From positions 48,385-112,384 of the forward strand of contig JAFXTH010000004.1 in the NCBI GenBank assembly GCA_017525035.1: 64,000 bases of DNA, written 5' to 3'. This document shows, in pieces, positions 58,760-64,000 of the stretch; positions within the stretch are counted from its first letter, which is position 1, and the number at the start of each line of letters is the position of its first letter. This DNA is from Bacilli bacterium (GTDB lineage Bacteria > Bacillota_I > Bacilli_A > RF39 > UBA660). Made by a program: the position numbers and the translations under genes. The notes under the pieces are model-generated. The model made no database searches and was not told the origin of the DNA. It saw only the letters and a program-made list of their open reading frames with translations.

Positions 58760-59458
58760 ATGGGAAGAAGTGAATTAATTCATTACGATGAGTCAAGAAA
58801 AGGCAAAGAATTGTTTTTTCCTGAAGGGCCTTCAAAAAAAGCTAGTGCACCAAGAAGTAAATTTTTTGAACTTGTTGGTGATCCAAGTCAAATAATTAAA
58901 GTCGGTGTTCATAATTTCAATGCTAATGAAACAATGAATATGTTAGAGCGCTTTAGCCTAGTTAGAAACAATGTTAGAATGACTAAATTACCTAATGGCT
59001 ATTTTACTGAAAAAGATGTTGTTACTGGTTCTGTAGTACCTTTTTATCCAGATACTACATCTTTATATCAAATATTAGAAACACATAATGTTGAAGAATT
59101 GCTAAAACATTATCAACGTGATGATGATCCAGTGCATAACTTATTTCTTTTCTTTGATGAAAACTTGGATAGATTAGAAGAGTTGGTAGATAATGGTTTA
59201 TATTACACAGATTTTAATCATGGTAATATTTTGTTTAGCAATAATGAATCACATTTAATAGACTTTGATCCTGGATATGTACGTACACCAAGCAAAGAAA
59301 ATTATAAAGCTGTTCTTGATTCTTATGATTTATTATTGTTTATAGCGCTTAAAAGATTTGAATTATTAGACCTATGTACTTATAAATCTAAAAATTTTAA
59401 AGCAATGAGAAAAAGACTTGAGAAAGTTGAGAATAAAGTTAGAAGAAGAATGCATTAA
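58760..59458 (+). CDS. Protein-kinase-like fold protein (Kdo/WaaP/APH-like) with Asn at the catalytic-Asp position.
   Basis: It has DFNHGNILFSNN (HxNxxxxN where kinases have HxDxxxxN) and IDFDPGY (a DFG/DFE-like metal-binding motif). Confidence 0.35.
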   Translation: MGRSELIHYDESRKGKELFFPEGPSKKASAPRSKFFELVGDPSQIIKVGVHNFNANETMNMLERFSLVRNNVRMTKLPNGYFTEKDVVTGSVVPFYPDTTSLYQILETHNVEELLKHYQRDDDPVHNLFLFFDENLDRLEELVDNGLYYTDFNHGNILFSNNESHLIDFDPGYVRTPSKENYKAVLDSYDLLLFIALKRFELLDLCTYKSKNFKAMRKRLEKVENKVRRRMH

Positions 59459-59495
59459 AGCATTCTTTTTGTTATAATTAATTTAGGGTGATGAT

Positions 59496-60110
59496 ATGGA
59501 AAAATTTTCTAAAGAAAAAATACTTGAAGTTGCAAACGAAATATTTGAAAGTTGTGATGTAGTTGCAAAACACGGAACTTGGTTTCATAAAGCTATGAGC
59601 ATAATGGAGACAGGACTTGATTATGATAAAACTACTATGGCTGGACAAGTATCTAAGGATCCGGTTAAGTTAGTTTCTTATGGGTGGAAAGAAGTACCAG
59701 CAGGTGAAGCTGCAAATGTTATTTTGGCACTTCCTAAAACATTTATTAAAAAACTAAATGGTATGAACGATGAGCAATACAAAGAGTGGCTTGCAAAGTT
59801 TCTTAATAGAGGACCAGATGCTGAAATACTTTTATATGCAGCATCAGAAAAACATAGTACGGGTATAATTGAATATAAAGGTGTAACACTTCAAGGAACA
59901 GAGAGTTGTCATCTTCCTAGAGAGTTTGTTAAAGGAAGTTTCTTTTTCTGTGACAACAAAACTTATTTTGATTTCATAAAAAATCCAGAAGAAGCTTTAG
60001 AGCATTTAACATACGTTGAAAATGAATATTTCTTTGACAATTTAACACCTGAAGAACAGGATAAATTTGTTGAAGCGTTTAGAGGTAGGGGAAGACAACC
60101 TGCAAAATAA
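59496..60110 (+). CDS. Hypothetical protein.
   Basis: 204-aa ORF with good coding statistics. No motif was recognised. Confidence 0.35.
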   Translation: MEKFSKEKILEVANEIFESCDVVAKHGTWFHKAMSIMETGLDYDKTTMAGQVSKDPVKLVSYGWKEVPAGEAANVILALPKTFIKKLNGMNDEQYKEWLAKFLNRGPDAEILLYAASEKHSTGIIEYKGVTLQGTESCHLPREFVKGSFFFCDNKTYFDFIKNPEEALEHLTYVENEYFFDNLTPEEQDKFVEAFRGRGRQPAK

Positions 60111-60172
60111 TAAATAAGTGGTATAATCTTCTAGCAATGTGTTAGAATATTTTACTAAAAGGAGTGAGAACT

Positions 60173-62125
60173 ATGTTTAAACTACATTCAAATTTTAAAC
60201 CTACTGGTGATCAGCCTAGGGCAATTGAAGAATTAACAGCGGGTATAAACGATGGTAAAAAACATCAAGTCCTTCTTGGTGTTACTGGTAGTGGTAAAAC
60301 ATTTACTATGGCTAATGTAATTGCAAATGTTAACAAACCAACATTAGTACTTGCTCATAATAAAACTTTGGCAGGACAATTATATAGTGAATTTAAAGAA
60401 TTATTTCCTGAAAATCGTGTCGAATATTTTGTATCATATTATGATTATTATCAGCCAGAAGCTTATGTACCATCTACTGACACATATATAGAAAAAGACT
60501 CATCTATCAATGATGAAATAGATGAGTTAAGACACGCTGCTGCTAGTTCCTTATTAACAAGAAAAGATACAATAGTAGTAGCATCAGTATCATGTATCTA
60601 TGGTATCGGTGAACCAGAAGAATATAAAGATAAAATGCTAACTTTGAATGTTGGAGATACAATAGACAGAGATAAAGTATTAAATAAACTTGTTGATATG
60701 TTGTATGAAAGAAATGATATAGATTTTAAACGTGGTACTTTTAGAGCAAGAGGAGATGTTTTAGAAGTAATACCAGCAAGTGAAAGAACAAATGGAATTA
60801 GAATAGAATTCTTTGGTGATGAAATAGATAGAATTAGTGAAATAGATGCCTTAACAGGAGTTGTTAAAGTAAATAAAAAGACTGTTTCTATTTTCCCAGC
60901 AAGCTTATTCGTTACAAGCGATGAAAAACTAGAAGAAGCTATGAAAAGAATTAGAAAAGAATGCGACGAAAGAGTAAAATATTTTAAAGAAAATAATAAA
61001 CTAATTGAAGCACAAAGAATTGAAGAAAGAACTAACTATGACTTAGAGATGTTATCTGAGACTGGTTTTTGTTCTGGAGTAGAAAACTATTCAAGGCATA
61101 TGGCTTTAAGAGAAGAAGGAGAAACTCCTACAACGCTAATGGACTTCTTTGGTGATGATTACTTATTAATTGTCGATGAATCTCATGTAACTCTTCCACA
61201 GGTAAGAGGTATGTATAATGGAGATAGAGCAAGAAAGATGAATCTAGTAGAGTATGGATTTAGACTTCCTAGTGCATTAGATAATAGACCATTAAGATTT
61301 GAAGAATTTGAAAATAAAATAAAACAAGCTATATATGTATCTGCTACACCAGGTGATTATGAACTTGAAAAGACAAATAATAAATTTACTGAACAAATAA
61401 TAAGACCAACAGGTTTATTAGATCCAATAATAGAAGTTAGACCATCAACAGGTCAAATAGATGACTTAGTTGGAGAAATAAAAGATAGAATTAGTAAAAA
61501 TGAAAGAGTATTGATAACAACTTTAACTATTAGGATGGCTGAAGAATTAACTAACTATTTAAAAGAATTGGATATAAAAGTAGCATATCTTCATACTGAA
61601 GTTAAAACTCTTGAAAGATTAAGAATAATAAGAGACTTACGTCTTGGTAAATATGATTGTATCGTTGGAATAAATTTATTACGTGAAGGTATTGATATTC
61701 CTGAAGTAAGTTTAATAGGTATTTTAGATGCTGATAAAGAAGGATTCCTAAGAAGCGAAAGAAGCTTAATCCAGACAATTGGTAGATGTGCAAGAAATGC
61801 AAATGGTAAATGTATTATGTATGCAGATAAAATTACTGAATCAATGGATAAAGCCATAACTGAAACCAGAAGAAGACGTGAAATACAAAATAAATATAAT
61901 GAAGACAATGGAATTGTTCCAAAAACAATTATTAAAGAAATCAGAGACTTAATAAGTAATGTTGATGAATCTAAAAAGACTAAGGATAAAGCTAAGAAAG
62001 AAACAAAACTTGACCGTGAATTAAATGTTGAAGAAATCGAAAGAGAAATGAGAGAAGCAGCAAGAAACTTAGACTTCGAAAGAGCTATGGAATTACGTGA
62101 TATTTTGTTTGAATTAAAATCATAA
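60173..62125 (+). CDS. uvrB: Excinuclease ABC subunit B.
   Basis: The N-terminus [19 protein letters not shown] is typical. Walker A GVTGSGKT, the helicase motifs and the C-terminal UVR domain ([29 protein letters not shown]) are all present. Start ATG 60173 follows AGGAG. Confidence 0.95.
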   Translation: MFKLHSNFKPTGDQPRAIEELTAGINDGKKHQVLLGVTGSGKTFTMANVIANVNKPTLVLAHNKTLAGQLYSEFKELFPENRVEYFVSYYDYYQPEAYVPSTDTYIEKDSSINDEIDELRHAAASSLLTRKDTIVVASVSCIYGIGEPEEYKDKMLTLNVGDTIDRDKVLNKLVDMLYERNDIDFKRGTFRARGDVLEVIPASERTNGIRIEFFGDEIDRISEIDALTGVVKVNKKTVSIFPASLFVTSDEKLEEAMKRIRKECDERVKYFKENNKLIEAQRIEERTNYDLEMLSETGFCSGVENYSRHMALREEGETPTTLMDFFGDDYLLIVDESHVTLPQVRGMYNGDRARKMNLVEYGFRLPSALDNRPLRFEEFENKIKQAIYVSATPGDYELEKTNNKFTEQIIRPTGLLDPIIEVRPSTGQIDDLVGEIKDRISKNERVLITTLTIRMAEELTNYLKELDIKVAYLHTEVKTLERLRIIRDLRLGKYDCIVGINLLREGIDIPEVSLIGILDADKEGFLRSERSLIQTIGRCARNANGKCIMYADKITESMDKAITETRRRREIQNKYNEDNGIVPKTIIKEIRDLISNVDESKKTKDKAKKETKLDRELNVEEIEREMREAARNLDFERAMELRDILFELKS

Positions 62126-62137
62126 TATTCTTAGTAC

Positions 62138-62992
62138 ATGGTATTAAAAATGAAACGAAGATTTAAAAAAATATATGTAGAGATAACAAATAGATGTAAT
62201 TTGAAATGTTCCTTTTGTAGTAAGTTAGATCGAGAAATAAAAGAAATGTCTTTAGAAGATTTTAAAACAGTTATATCTAAGATTAAACCTTTTACTGATT
62301 ATATTTATCTACATGTTAAAGGGGAACCTTTATTACATTCTAGACTTGATGATATATTATCTATTTGTGATAAAGAAAATATTCAAGTAAATATAACTAC
62401 TAATGGAACATTATTAAAAGATAAACTAAATATTTTGTCTAGTCATGCATCTATTAGGCAGATAAATGTTTCACTACATTCAGAAAATAATTTTAAAGAT
62501 TATTTTGAAAATATATTTGATGCTTGTGATAAGTTATCTGAAAAAATTTATATAAGTTATAGAATTTGGAATCTTGATGAATTGCATTTGGATGAAAAAT
62601 CCACTACTATTGTGGATAAAATAATCAATCACTATAAGTTACCAACAAAAGTTGTTGATAAACTTAAAAAAGATAAAGATACAACAATATCTAATAACAT
62701 ATTTGTTAATAAAGATAATTTGTTTACTTGGCCTGATAGCTTTAGTAACTATGATTTAGATGGAAAGTGCTACGGACTTAATACTCATATTGGTATTTTA
62801 GTTGATGGCACAATTATTCCCTGTTGTTTAGATGGTAATGGCCAAATCAACTTAGGTAATATATTTAAAAATAACCTAGAAGATGTGTTAAACAGTAAAA
62901 AAGTTTTAGACATGATAAATGGCTTTAAAAACGGTAAATCTATCTGTCAACTTTGCAAGAATTGTAATTTTAGAAATAGATTTATTAAATAA
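62138..62992 (+). CDS. Radical SAM protein with a C-terminal Cys-rich (SPASM/twitch-like) region.
   Basis: It has CNLKCSFC (CX3CX2C) and a C-terminal CYGL...IPCCLDG...CQLCKNC cluster. Confidence 0.6.
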   Translation: MVLKMKRRFKKIYVEITNRCNLKCSFCSKLDREIKEMSLEDFKTVISKIKPFTDYIYLHVKGEPLLHSRLDDILSICDKENIQVNITTNGTLLKDKLNILSSHASIRQINVSLHSENNFKDYFENIFDACDKLSEKIYISYRIWNLDELHLDEKSTTIVDKIINHYKLPTKVVDKLKKDKDTTISNNIFVNKDNLFTWPDSFSNYDLDGKCYGLNTHIGILVDGTIIPCCLDGNGQINLGNIFKNNLEDVLNSKKVLDMINGFKNGKSICQLCKNCNFRNRFIK

Positions 62993-63020
62993 AAATAATT
63001 AAACTTGTGATATAGTATTA

Positions 63021-63902
63021 TTGGGTGAGTATATGAAAAGGGTAAAGCAATTAGTATTATTATTTGTTATTGGTATTCTTTTATTACCAACTCTTGTTAA
63101 GGCATCTAGCTTTGAAGTTGATGAAAATATGTATGTAGAAATAGATGATACATTATGGTATGTTTTCACAAGAAATAATATCGCCGATAATGAAGAATTA
63201 GAAAAATTAAATATTACATATGAATATATGAATAATTTCTTTGAAAGAAATCATGCTTATTTAGATGCAGTATTACTTTATAAAAATACAAATGATGTAT
63301 TAGAACTATCAGTTAGAAGAGTAGCTGCTGGTGGTGCAACTAATTCTAGTAATTATTCAGATGAAGAATTTTTAGATATCATTAAAGAAAATTTGACTAA
63401 TAAAAATGAAAATCCATCTGTAGTAGAAATTTATGAAAGAAATGGTTATAAATATGCATATGCAGAATATGTAGATCAAGGATACTATATTATGGATTAT
63501 TATGTAATAATCAATGGTTATAGTTATACTATTTCAACGCAAAAGGCGAAAGCATTTGATGCTGATGATAAAGCTAAGATAAAAGCAATAATTGATTCAA
63601 TATCATTTAATGTTGATACAAGTATGAAAGAACCATCAAAAGGTGGAACAGGTGAGATTGTTAAGAAAGCATTAATTGGTGGATTAATAGGTGGTGCTAT
63701 TGGTGGAGTGTCTGCTTTAATAATATCAGCAACTAAAAAGAAAAAAGTTAACAATATGAATTATAATCAAAATCAATATAATAATATGAATGGATACAAT
63801 AATAATTATTATAGTAATGGAAATACTGGCTATAATAATAATGGAAATTATTATAACAATAATAACTATTACAATAATAACAACAATAATAATCGATATT
63901 AA
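63021..63902 (+). CDS. Secreted/membrane-anchored protein with a C-terminal TM segment and an Asn/Tyr-rich low-complexity tail.
   Basis: It has a signal peptide, a Gly-zipper TM segment (LIGGLIGGAIGGVSALII) and then NYNQNQYNNMNGYNNNYYSNGNTGYNNNGNYYNNNNYYNNNNNNNRY. Confidence 0.4.
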   Translation: MGEYMKRVKQLVLLFVIGILLLPTLVKASSFEVDENMYVEIDDTLWYVFTRNNIADNEELEKLNITYEYMNNFFERNHAYLDAVLLYKNTNDVLELSVRRVAAGGATNSSNYSDEEFLDIIKENLTNKNENPSVVEIYERNGYKYAYAEYVDQGYYIMDYYVIINGYSYTISTQKAKAFDADDKAKIKAIIDSISFNVDTSMKEPSKGGTGEIVKKALIGGLIGGAIGGVSALIISATKKKKVNNMNYNQNQYNNMNGYNNNYYSNGNTGYNNNGNYYNNNNYYNNNNNNNRY

Positions 63903-63926
63903 GGCTATTAAGCCTTTTTTCTTTTG
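63901..63926 (+). terminator. Intrinsic terminator (AAGGCT-atta-AGCCTT plus TTTTTCTTTTG).
   Basis: Read directly from the sequence. Confidence 0.55.
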
Positions 63927-64000
63927 AATAATTTTAATTGTTATGATATTATATAATCGTTTATTTGAGGTGATACTATGGATGAAATAATAATTAAAGG

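Noticed and set aside
1-64000. CRISPR arrays, tRNA genes, rRNA genes, insertion sequences or transposases, and integrases.
   Set aside because: No spaced direct-repeat arrays are present. No intergenic gap of at least 70 nt has tRNA-like GTTCRANYC T-arm motifs. No rRNA-like GC-rich blocks are present, and no DDE-transposase or tyrosine-recombinase ORFs were seen.

Overview
This is a low-GC, Firmicute-type chromosomal replication-origin region read with the standard bacterial genetic code. Going right to left on the minus strand it carries dnaA, dnaN, a ComK-family gene, recF, gyrB, gyrA, an SRP RNA gene (ffs), tadA, dnaX, ybaB, recR, a bofA-like gene, holB, yaaT, a trmN6-like gene, pth and the 5' part of mfd. 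On the plus strand, diverging from dnaA, are rpmH, rnpA, yidC, jag, mnmE, mnmG, rsmG, noc, soj, spo0J and ychF, followed by rpsF-ssb-rpsR, a divIC/ftsB-like gene, tilS, ftsH, dusB, prfB, ftsE, ftsX, an M23 peptidase gene and uvrB. The oriC DnaA-box clusters lie in the dnaA-rpmH and dnaA-dnaN intergenic regions. The six-frame track misses a small SRP RNA (ffs) that sits upstream of tadA on the minus strand, and it also misses the programmed +1 frameshift of prfB. The observations most worth a second look are listed here.
- A perfect-palindrome operator array lies in the dnaX upstream region. One identical 20-mer, which also carries the only two perfect DnaA boxes in the window, flanks ffs-tadA, and one copy sits inside the gyrA coding tail.
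- A ComK homolog is inserted between dnaN and recF. It is preceded by tandem TGTCGAA (Spo0A-box-like) repeats and by a hairpin that could sequester its ribosome-binding site.
- A ClpC-like paralog has a degenerate second ATPase domain.
- Several small insertions interrupt the otherwise conserved origin gene order. One carries a Fic gene plus a giant activase-dehydratase fusion. Another is an orphan large type IV pilin-like gene. A third holds a glutamine amidotransferase, a P-loop kinase and a PRPP-synthetase-like gene. A fourth, upstream of uvrB, holds a glycosyltransferase and a kinase-like protein with an Asn in place of the catalytic Asp.
No CRISPR array, tRNA, rRNA or transposase was seen.
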